Shown here: one piece after another, positions 1 through 6,992 of the stretch
Layout: the number at the start of each line of letters is the position of its first letter
Numbering within the stretch: position 1 is the stretch's first letter
IMG/VR virus record: IMGVR_UViG_3300020043_002178
Location: 1-28,375 of that record
Source: a virus
Lineage: Duplodnaviria > Caudoviricetes
Direction: 5' to 3' (one strand)
DNA: 28,375 bases
Made by a program: the position numbers and the translations under genes
Notes under the pieces: generated by a model
Database searches by the model: none
Seen by the model: the letters and a program-made list of their open reading frames with translations, nothing else
Told to the model about the DNA's origin: nothing

Positions 1-63
1 GAAATGATAAAGGAAGGATGGGTACAAACACCACAAGGAATGGTTAAACGATTAAAAAAATGA
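1..63 (+). CDS. 3' end of an upstream gene (partial)
   Basis: Frame 1 is open from the window edge (EMIKEGWVQTPQGMVKRLKK*). Its TGA overlaps the helicase ATG (ATGA). Confidence 0.45.
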   Translation, partial: EMIKEGWVQTPQGMVKRLKK

Positions 64-1037
64 AAGAAAACTTTTTTTGTGACCCGTCCGAAGCATTAGA
101 TGTTTTGGATAATATCCGAGAGGGTAGGGTAAAAATGGGGCTAGGCATTGGCGATGATATGTCAGACCAATATCTAAGATACAAGCAAGGGCAATTCGTA
201 ATGATTAATGGCGCAGATAATACGGGAAAGACTACGTGGATTCTTTGGTACTTCGTTGTGTTGGCTTTGAAACATAAAATAACCTTTGATATATTTTCAG
301 CTGAAAATTCTATTGCATCATTGAAGCGCGATATAATGCAGTTCATGACTGGAAAAGAACTAAGGAAGTTGAGCGATATTGAATATCGGAGAGCGTTCGA
401 TGAAATGAACTTTTACTTTAAATTCATTCGCAACGATAAGACATACACCGTACAGGAATTATTGAAGATAAGCGCACAAAGCCCTAACAAATGCCTATTG
501 ATTGACCCTTGGAACTCACTAAGAGGGAACGGGGGTAATAAGCACGAGGAAGATTATGATGCCTGTGGAGATATTAGAGTTTTCTGCAACACAACGAAAA
601 AGAGCGTGTATGTTAACGCTCACTTGGTAACAGAGGCAGCAAGAAAGAAATTCCCTAAAGACCACGAATACGAAGGGCATCAAATGCCACCATCAAAAAG
701 TGATACGGAGGGCGGTCAGAAGTTCGCTAACCGTTGCGATGACTTTATAACCATTCACCGTATGACGCAATTTGAAGCGCGTAAGAACTTCACTGAGGTA
801 CACGTAAGGAAAGTCAAAGAAACCATAACTGGAGGAGGGGTTACTCAATTAGACCGACCGATTATATTCAAGTTTTGGAATTACACTAGGTTTGAAGTTG
901 GCGAACGAAACCCAATAGCAAACGAAACAGGACAAGGCACGCCAGTACAACAAACATTATCAACACTTAACAACAAGAAAAATGAAGGATTTGAAACTGA
1001 AAGCGTTCAAGAAGATGCAGACCCTTTCCCGTTCTAA
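60..1037 (+). CDS. DnaB-like (SF4) replicative helicase
   Basis: Walker A GADNTGKT, FSAEN motif, Walker B LLIDP, VNAH and the late KVK motif typical of SF4 helicases; acidic/aromatic C-terminal tail (EDADPFPF). Confidence 0.8.
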   Translation: MKENFFCDPSEALDVLDNIREGRVKMGLGIGDDMSDQYLRYKQGQFVMINGADNTGKTTWILWYFVVLALKHKITFDIFSAENSIASLKRDIMQFMTGKELRKLSDIEYRRAFDEMNFYFKFIRNDKTYTVQELLKISAQSPNKCLLIDPWNSLRGNGGNKHEEDYDACGDIRVFCNTTKKSVYVNAHLVTEAARKKFPKDHEYEGHQMPPSKSDTEGGQKFANRCDDFITIHRMTQFEARKNFTEVHVRKVKETITGGGVTQLDRPIIFKFWNYTRFEVGERNPIANETGQGTPVQQTLSTLNNKKNEGFETESVQEDADPFPF

Positions 1038-1389
1038 GATAGCGGAAGAGAGAGAAACGGATAGCCTTAACGACCTATTCAAGGAGGAGGTAATGATTGA
1101 TTTATCATTTGACTTAGCACTTTGCAACATCATGGCTAAAAAGTCAACAGGTGCAAAAAAGAATAATTGGGAAAATATGGCTTTAAGAATCGAAGGATAT
1201 AAAACATACATCGATAAAATCCATTCTAAGGCAAAAAGAGAGTATCTGTTGAACGATATTAAGCCGAGTGAAGTAATCACCCTGCTCGATGAAAATAATC
1301 GCTTAAAACGGCTTAATTTAAGTTTAGCGCAACAAAACGATAAATTGAAAACGCAAATTGATAACTATGTGGCAAAATTCGGATTGTAA
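982..1389 (+). CDS. hypothetical protein with a C-terminal coiled coil (alternative start ATG 1015)
   Basis: ORF track; fits the chain of overlapping + strand genes. Confidence 0.6.
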   Translation: MKDLKLKAFKKMQTLSRSKIAEERETDSLNDLFKEEVMIDLSFDLALCNIMAKKSTGAKKNNWENMALRIEGYKTYIDKIHSKAKREYLLNDIKPSEVITLLDENNRLKRLNLSLAQQNDKLKTQIDNYVAKFGL

Positions 1390-1600
1390 TTGGTTAAGTG
1401 GTGACTATGAAAAAAAGATATGGCAGCTTTGCGTATCGCTTGAAGTTGGAAAGGTTTTCGATATTGAGGTTTATGTTGCGCCACAGAGACGAGAAAAGTT
1501 TATTGAGATAGTAAAAAAATACATTGACCACGAAAACAGCGATGGAACTTACATCGAATTCAACAACGAATACACGAAAATTAAAAAATATTTAAAATAA
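1367..1600 (+). CDS. hypothetical protein
   Basis: The track gives a TTG start at 1358; the in-frame ATG at 1367 is preferred. Ends before an intergenic gap. Confidence 0.6.
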   Translation: MWQNSDCNWLSGDYEKKIWQLCVSLEVGKVFDIEVYVAPQRREKFIEIVKKYIDHENSDGTYIEFNNEYTKIKKYLK

Positions 1601-1611
1601 TGATGAAAAAG

Positions 1612-1642
1612 TTTGCAAATCAAAATAAAGGTTATATCTTTG
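1612..1642 (+). promoter_or_regulatory. Bacteroidota primary-sigma promoter (-33 TTTG / -7 TAnnTTTG)
   Basis: TTTG at 1612-1615, a 19-nt spacer, then TATCTTTG at 1635-1642, in the gap before ATG 1665. Matches the consensus in both sequence and spacing. Confidence 0.75.
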
Positions 1643-1664
1643 GGTATAATTAAAAACAAACGAT

Positions 1665-1817
1665 ATGAAAACAGAAGATAAAAAATATTTCAAAGCAGTT
1701 TTAAGTGCATACGAATCACTTGAGAAAAAACAAGAAAACGGAACTATCACAATGGATGAAGAAGCGTCAATGAATAGCTTGTTTCAAAGATTGGAAATGT
1801 ATTTATATGAAAACTAA
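1665..1817 (+). CDS. small hypothetical protein (50 aa; not in the ORF track)
   Basis: MKTEDKKYFKAVLSAYESLEKKQENG...LYEN*; A-rich leader just downstream of the promoter. Confidence 0.6.
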   Translation: MKTEDKKYFKAVLSAYESLEKKQENGTITMDEEASMNSLFQRLEMYLYEN

Positions 1818-1971
1818 AAAAGGCTGGGGAGGCGCTCGACAAGGTTCGGGTAACAAGCCTAAGTATAATGAGAAAACAACTACCATCGCTTTTCGTGTAC
1901 CGATTAGCAAGGTTAATGAGGTTAAAGAAATAATCAAACAAAAACAAACACAATGGAAAATAAAAAACTAA
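1807..1971 (+). CDS. small basic, putative DNA-binding protein (54 aa; not in the ORF track)
   Basis: MKTKKGWGGARQGSGNKPKYNEKTTTIAFRVPISKVNEVKEII: a GGxRxGxGxKP-type N-terminus followed by a strand-helix pattern reminiscent of ribbon-helix-helix proteins. Confidence 0.6.
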   Translation: MKTKKGWGGARQGSGNKPKYNEKTTTIAFRVPISKVNEVKEIIKQKQTQWKIKN

Positions 1972-2225
1972 TCTACGTTTACACCAGCACAGGTCAGCTA
2001 GTGAATAACACGCCATTTATTGGTGAACAAAAAGCACTTGAATTCTTAGTTAAGAAAGCCGAGATTGAATTTGATGTAACAGAAGCCGACAAAACTTGTT
2101 GGCGTAATGGAATAATGGAACGATGCAGAACGAACGGTGAAAAATACGCTGGTTATTATTGGCGCACCAGACCGACAACGGTATTCAAAACAGCGCAGAA
2201 ATTTAAAACGGTAAAAGTGTATTAG
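1953..2225 (+). CDS. hypothetical protein, NUMOD1-like DNA-binding pattern
   Basis: IYVYTSTGQLV...IMERC...YAGYYWR resembles NUMOD1 modules. Confidence 0.5.
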   Translation: MENKKLIYVYTSTGQLVNNTPFIGEQKALEFLVKKAEIEFDVTEADKTCWRNGIMERCRTNGEKYAGYYWRTRPTTVFKTAQKFKTVKVY

Positions 2226-2226
2226 T

Positions 2227-2574
2227 ATGAAAGCACCAGAAAGAACAACGTACATCTATCGAATAGTAGGTGAGCAAAGATACTTAGAGCGCGTTTGCCC
2301 GACCGTAATGGCAGCATCGAGATTTGTGGCTAAAGAATTGGAGTTGAACGTGGCTAACTTTAGAGTAGAGCCGCACATAGACACAGAGATACCAGTAGGA
2401 AATACCTACGTATTAACATCTTACCTTAAATGGAAGTCAAAGGAAAAGCAACAGAGCGATGATATTATAGAGCATTTCAGCAATCCTAAGCCACAACATT
2501 TGCGATTTACTGGATTTAATTTTAAGTTTGACACATGCGAAGAATTGCAAGAACAGACGACAACCAACAATTAA
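2227..2574 (+). CDS. hypothetical protein
   Basis: ORF track; tightly packed between neighbours. Confidence 0.55.
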   Translation: MKAPERTTYIYRIVGEQRYLERVCPTVMAASRFVAKELELNVANFRVEPHIDTEIPVGNTYVLTSYLKWKSKEKQQSDDIIEHFSNPKPQHLRFTGFNFKFDTCEELQEQTTTNN

Positions 2575-2825
2575 TAGTTAAGCAGTTGCGCCAGTTAGGT
2601 TGTAGCGTTGCCATTACTTCAATGATTGGTAAAGGGTTTCCTGATTTGGTTGTTGCTTATCAAGGAAAAAATTTCCTCATCGAGTTAAAAGATGGAAGCA
2701 AACCGAAAAGCCAAAAAGGACTTACAATGGATGAAGCGAAGTTCTTCACCGCGTGGAATGGGCAAATTGATAAATGCGAATCACTAGACGAGATTTGCAA
2801 AGTAATAGGAATAATACTTTTTTGA
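2535..2825 (+). CDS. PD-(D/E)XK nuclease (VRR-NUC/resolvase-like)
   Basis: GFPDLVV...LIELK motif in a 96-aa protein. Confidence 0.75.
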   Translation: MRRIARTDDNQQLIVKQLRQLGCSVAITSMIGKGFPDLVVAYQGKNFLIELKDGSKPKSQKGLTMDEAKFFTAWNGQIDKCESLDEICKVIGIILF

Positions 2826-2826
2826 T

Positions 2827-3342
2827 ATGGAATTCTTTGATATTATACACATAGGAGCGCATAAAGCAGAAGAGGTAGAAAAATACAAAGATAAATCTGT
2901 TTTATGGGTAGAGCCTAATCCATATTTAGCCGAAAAAATAAGAGAAAGAAAGCTTAATGTACTTGAATGTGCAGTAGGTGGTAAAAACGGAAAAGCTATT
3001 TTAAATATAGCTAATGATACACAAGCATCAACTTTAAATGAATGGACAGGATTAAAGAGTTTGCATACTGAACTTAAAATAGTTAAGCAAGTAGAAGTTA
3101 AAGTAATAAAATACGATGAATTACCAAAATGCACACAAGTGATAATTGATGCTGAAGGTAGTGAGTACGATATAGTAAAAAATGCTAAAAAACTTCCTAA
3201 CATTGTTACAATAGAATTAAATTGGGATAGATTTAATACACCTAACGGAAACGATGTGATAGAATTAATGATTAGCAAAGGATATAGAGCAAATCCGTAC
3301 AAAATAAAACATGGTCATGCAGATGTTACATTTACAAAATGA
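2827..3342 (+). CDS. FkbM-family SAM methyltransferase
   Basis: IHIGAH, WVEPNP, CAVG and IDAEGSEYDIV motifs. Confidence 0.75.
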   Translation: MEFFDIIHIGAHKAEEVEKYKDKSVLWVEPNPYLAEKIRERKLNVLECAVGGKNGKAILNIANDTQASTLNEWTGLKSLHTELKIVKQVEVKVIKYDELPKCTQVIIDAEGSEYDIVKNAKKLPNIVTIELNWDRFNTPNGNDVIELMISKGYRANPYKIKHGHADVTFTK

Positions 3343-3698
3343 AAATACTTATACCAGCGATATTAGATAATTACTCACCCAGAAAGGATAATACCTTTAG
3401 TGTTAAGTTTCTTACACAGGAGTTAAGTAATGAGCAATTATTGAATATTAACTCGGCTAGGGATAAGTTTGGGATATTGTATTTCAAAGCTGAATCTGAT
3501 ATAACAAACGAAGAACTAGAAAAGCTTGATGAGGTTGATATTGATATAACCGACAAAAGCAAAACACCATCTAAAAGGATTAGAAGCGTATTGTTCCGTA
3601 ACTGGCAGCAAGACAATAAAGGCTTTACAGAGTTCAAAAATTTTTATATATTTGAAACAGAAAGGATTATCGAACACTATAAAAGTAAATTGGAGTAA
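3339..3698 (+). CDS. hypothetical phage protein upstream of terS
   Basis: ORF track; ATGA and TAATG overlaps with its neighbours. Confidence 0.65.
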   Translation: MKILIPAILDNYSPRKDNTFSVKFLTQELSNEQLLNINSARDKFGILYFKAESDITNEELEKLDEVDIDITDKSKTPSKRIRSVLFRNWQQDNKGFTEFKNFYIFETERIIEHYKSKLE

Positions 3699-4102
3699 TG
3701 GCTAAACATAAATACATAGAATCACCTGAAAAGTTTTGGGACTTATTTGTTGAGTTTAGAGAATTAAAATTATCTCAAAAGATTAAGCAACAAGTAACAT
3801 CGAGAGCAGGAGTAGAAACATTAGAACATACACCACCTCTTACATGGGCAGGGTTTGATGCTTGGTTATATGAGAAGAAAGTTATTACAGATACAGGTGA
3901 TTATAGAACTAATGAGAAGGGGAAATATGACGAATTTTCGGAGGTCATACGCGCAATAACCAATATAATGTACACTCAAAAGTTTGAAGGTGCGAGCGTT
4001 GGCGTGTTTAACGCTAACATTATAGCGCGTGATTTAGGACTTAAAGACAGCACAGAAACAAATCTAAAAGTGGAGCAACCATTGTTTCCAGAAAATAAGT
4101 AG
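3698..4102 (+). CDS. terS: terminase small subunit (P22 gp3-like)
   Basis: PLTWAGF...QKFEGASVGVFNANIIARDLGL, typical of gp3-like packaging proteins; position upstream of terL. Confidence 0.85.
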   Translation: MAKHKYIESPEKFWDLFVEFRELKLSQKIKQQVTSRAGVETLEHTPPLTWAGFDAWLYEKKVITDTGDYRTNEKGKYDEFSEVIRAITNIMYTQKFEGASVGVFNANIIARDLGLKDSTETNLKVEQPLFPENK

Positions 4103-4125
4103 TAGGAGGTACGAAAAATAATACC

Positions 4126-4133
4126 TATATTTG
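4126..4133 (+). promoter_or_regulatory. possible -7 promoter element (TATATTTG) for the HNH gene
   Basis: TAnnTTTG in the terS-HNH gap, 3 nt before ATG 4137. No clear -33 element. Confidence 0.4.
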
Positions 4134-4136
4134 ATT

Positions 4137-4643
4137 ATGGAAAAAAGTATAATTGGATATGAAGGACTTTACACGGTATCAGATACTGGAGTAGTAAAAT
4201 CAACTCCTAGAAAAGGAACAAAAGGAGGTGAAATAAAAGTAATCAAAGATGAATACTATGAAGTAGTGTTGTGTAAAGACATGAAAATGAAAAGATTTAA
4301 TCTTCATAGATTAATAGCTACAGCATTTATTCCGAATCCTGAAAACAAACCACAAGTAAACCATATTAATGGTGATAAATACGATAACAGGATTGAAAAC
4401 TTAGAATGGTGTAATAATTCAGAAAACCAATTACATAGTTACAGAATAGGATTAAGAAAAAGCGTAAGAGGTGAAAAAAATGGCAACGCAAAACTAACAG
4501 ATAAACAAGTTGTTGAAATATATTCAATAATAAAAAGTAGAGGTAAGAACTACGGTAGAAAAGAATTAGCGTTAAAGTATAGCGTGTCTGAATGCACAAT
4601 AAAGGAAATAGCGACAAACAGAAGATACACATCTCATGTTTAG
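4137..4643 (+). CDS. free-standing HNH homing endonuclease (NUMOD4 + HNH + C-terminal HTH-like)
   Basis: IIGYEGLYTVSDTGVVKS (NUMOD4), LHRLIATAFIPNPENKPQVNHINGDKYDNRIENLEW (HNH), GEKNGNAKLT...ELALKYSVS. ATG 4137 is preferred over TTG 4131. Confidence 0.9.
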   Translation: MEKSIIGYEGLYTVSDTGVVKSTPRKGTKGGEIKVIKDEYYEVVLCKDMKMKRFNLHRLIATAFIPNPENKPQVNHINGDKYDNRIENLEWCNNSENQLHSYRIGLRKSVRGEKNGNAKLTDKQVVEIYSIIKSRGKNYGRKELALKYSVSECTIKEIATNRRYTSHV

Positions 4644-5847
4644 AAGAACTACAACAATAGATAAAATTCTGCGGATACAAGCCCGAAAAAAAGTAATACA
4701 GGGCGGTACTTCCGCAGGAATGTAAGCCCCTTTGTGAAAATGAAGGGGCAAAGGAAAAACTTTTGGTATATTGCCTATCTTAATAGATAAGGCTTGCAAA
4801 ACGCCAAACTTAGAAATATCTGTTGTATCTGAAACAATACCACATTTAAGAAGAGGTGCGCTAAAAGACTTCCTTAAAATAATGGTTTGGACTAATAGGT
4901 ATATTGACTCTCATTACAATAAATCACTTTTAACATATCGTTTTGCTAATGGTTCTTACATCGAGTTCTTTAGTGCTGAACAAGAAGAGAAGCTAAGAGG
5001 TGCAAGAAGAAATATTTTGTACATAAATGAGTGCAACAACCTTCCATTTGAAGCATACCACCAACTAGCAATAAGAACAAGCCACGATATTTATTTAGAC
5101 TTTAACCCTACAAATGAGTTTTGGGCGCATACCGAAGTATTGAATGAACCCGATAGCGAACATTTAATAGTTACGTATATGGATAATGAGGCTTTGCCAC
5201 CAAACGTAATAGGAGAAATGGAGGTGGCAAAGAAAAAAGCTGAAACATCTGATTATTGGCGTAATTGGTGGAGAGTGTATGGCTTAGGCTTGATAGGCAC
5301 ATTAGACGGCGTAATATTTCCAGATATTAATTTAGTAGATGAATTTCCAAAGGATTGTAAATGGATAGCTTATGGTCAAGATTTCGGATTTACAAACGAC
5401 CCGTCTGCATTAATTAAAGTAGGTTTTGTAAATGGTGAATTGTGGCTACAAGAAATGATTTACGCTAAAGGCTTAACAAATCAAGATTTAAGTAAGAAGT
5501 ATAAGGAAGTTGGACTAGTTCCTTTAGATGAGATTTACGCGGATAGTGCCGAGCCTAAAAGCATCGAAGAGTTAAAGCGTGAAGGGTGGAGGAACATAAA
5601 GCCAACGCTTAAAGGTAAAGATAGCGTAAATACAGGGATAGGATTAATGCAAAGCCATAAAATAAACATCACTAAGGATAGCGTTAATTTAATTAAAGAA
5701 TTTAGGAATTACCAATGGGAGAAAGATAATGACGGGAAAACTACTAATAAACCTATTGACGACTACAATCACGGAATAGATGCGATTCGTTATGTATGCC
5801 TTATGAAAATATTGAAGAAAAAAAGTTCTGTTGTTAGTTCCTTATAA
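4636..5847 (+). CDS. terL: terminase large subunit (PBSX-like), interrupted by a 36-nt insert in Walker A; 391 aa if the insert is skipped
   Basis: ATG 4636 gives MFRRTTTIDKILRIQARKKVIQGGTSAG, in frame with KTFGILPILIDK from 4756. Walker B ILYINE, DFNP, and nuclease motifs GQDFGFTNDP, DSAEP, NHGIDAIRY are intact. Confidence 0.9.
4717..4755 (+). other. candidate programmed translational bypass element (GGA take-off 4717-4719, GGA landing 4753-4755, 36-nt gap)
   Basis: GGA ATG TAA GCC CCT TTG TGA AAA TGA AGG GGC AAA GGA; hairpin 4726-4749; AGGAA direct repeats at 4716-4720 and 4752-4756. The interruption is directly visible; the mechanism is inferred. Confidence 0.65.
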
Positions 5848-5858
5848 AAATAAAATTA

Positions 5859-5866
5859 TATATTTG
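5859..5866 (+). promoter_or_regulatory. possible -7 promoter element (TATATTTG)
   Basis: TAnnTTTG in the gap between the terL stop and ATG 5888. Confidence 0.45.
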
Positions 5867-5887
5867 TTCCATAACACGGAATAAAAT

Positions 5888-6049
5888 ATGGCACGTCCTA
5901 AAAAAGAGCAAACAGATAACCTAACAATCAAAGAACAGATTGAAGTATTGTTAGAAAACATCGGAGAGGAAATGAAAAAGAAGCCGCAAGATGCAGTTAA
6001 ATACTTTGGCGCTCAAGCAGATATTCGTAGAGCATTAATGAAGCTATGA
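5888..6049 (+). CDS. small hypothetical protein (53 aa; not in the ORF track)
   Basis: MARPKKEQTDNLTIKEQIEVLLENIGEEMKKK...ALMKL*; ATGA overlap with 6046. Confidence 0.65.
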   Translation: MARPKKEQTDNLTIKEQIEVLLENIGEEMKKKPQDAVKYFGAQADIRRALMKL

Positions 6050-6801
6050 TAATCGTATCAATTAACGATAAGCAATACAATGTTTGTAGCGACTGGAAGG
6101 ACGTTACGATATTGCACATTGAAAAAGGCTATGCGCTTAAAGAAAAACTAAGTGAATCACTTAAAAAGTTCTTCTATTCAGCCGATGAATTTTCATTTAG
6201 TAAAGAGCAAGAAGTCGAGTTAATCAAGTTCGAAAAAGAATGGATTGAAATATTTAGCAACATTCCTAAGAATATACTGAACAAAACGGTATTGGTAAAC
6301 GAAGAGGGTGATAATATCACATCGCTATTTAAGTTGTGCCAAAAGTTTATGTATGAGCCGCAACAAAACGAAATAGTAATAAACGAGTGCATAGAGTTTA
6401 AAGGCGTTAAATACTATCTACCAGAAAGCGTGACAAGTGTTAAAGGAGTTAAGAAACTATTTGCTAAGGGAACTTATGAGGAATACATGGAGAGTAGCGC
6501 GCTATTTGATGTGTTTAATGAGAAAGGCGACCTAAGTAAACTATCAAGGCTAACAGCTATTTTATTTCGCCCTAAAATTAAAGTAGGTTTCTTTTGGAAT
6601 AAAAAGGAAGTGATTGAAGAGTTTTATGATGAGAAAGTAAACCAAAGAGCGGAGTTATTTAAACAACTTCCAATGAATGACGTTTGGGCGGCATACTTTT
6701 TTTTTATTCTTTCCAATTGGAAATTGTTAAGCGGTTTTCAAACATCTTTAAAGGAGGCAAACAGCCTATCAAAACTGGAAGCACTAGCGAAAGAATTGTA
6801 A
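6046..6801 (+). CDS. putative tail assembly chaperone (gpG-like)
   Basis: Overlaps a -1-frame ORF across a T9 run (YFFF), the lambda G/GT arrangement. The function is inferred from this architecture. Confidence 0.6.
   Translation: MIIVSINDKQYNVCSDWKDVTILHIEKGYALKEKLSESLKKFFYSADEFSFSKEQEVELIKFEKEWIEIFSNIPKNILNKTVLVNEEGDNITSLFKLCQKFMYEPQQNEIVINECIEFKGVKYYLPESVTSVKGVKKLFAKGTYEEYMESSALFDVFNEKGDLSKLSRLTAILFRPKIKVGFFWNKKEVIEEFYDEKVNQRAELFKQLPMNDVWAAYFFFILSNWKLLSGFQTSLKEANSLSKLEALAKEL
6697..6705 (+). other. -1 frameshift slippery site (T9)
   Basis: TAC TTT TTT TTT ATT in frame 1; the -1 frame is open to 6992. Palindrome TTTCCAATTGGAAA at 6710-6723. Confidence 0.7.
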
Positions 6802-6992
6802 GCAAACTATCATGGCAAATAGAATCGTACAAAATAGCGGAGAAAGGGATATACAACAAGGAAGGATTAACACCAATAGAAAGCGTTAAACGAACAAATA
6901 TCTATGAAATAATGCTTTATACCTCGTTAATGATTGCAGAAGGCACACTACAAGGAGAAAGAATGGAACTAGAATATAAAAAGAAAAAATGA
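6705..6992 (+). CDS. gpT-like extension reached by -1 frameshift (fusion about 315 aa)
   Basis: The ORF at 6684..6992 has only a weak TTG start just before the T-run; its stop overlaps the next ATG (ATGA 6989). Confidence 0.6.
   Translation, partial: YSFQLEIVKRFSNIFKGGKQPIKTGSTSERIVSKLSWQIESYKIAEKGIYNKEGLTPIESVKRTNIYEIMLYTSLMIAEGTLQGERMELEYKKKK

Noticed and set aside
4104-4110. Perfect AGGAGGT Shine-Dalgarno before the HNH gene
   Set aside because: It is 20 or more nt from either candidate start, too far to function, and other genes here mostly lack SD motifs.
4720-4742. AUG-to-AUG hop (4720 to 4740)
   Set aside because: The second ATG is in another frame, which reaches TAA at 4788-4790 without giving terminase sequence.
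4723-4743. Stop-codon reassignment (alternative genetic code)
   Set aside because: The gap has both TAA and TGA; all three stop codons end normal genes elsewhere in the window; and 12 extra residues would break the P-loop.
4720-4755. Group I/II intron or intein in terL
   Set aside because: 36 nt is far too short for a self-splicing core, the HNH lies outside the insert, and in-frame stops exclude an intein.
4771-5847. terL starting at TTG 4771, as in the ORF track
   Set aside because: It would omit the whole Walker A motif; the true N-terminus is in frame from ATG 4636.
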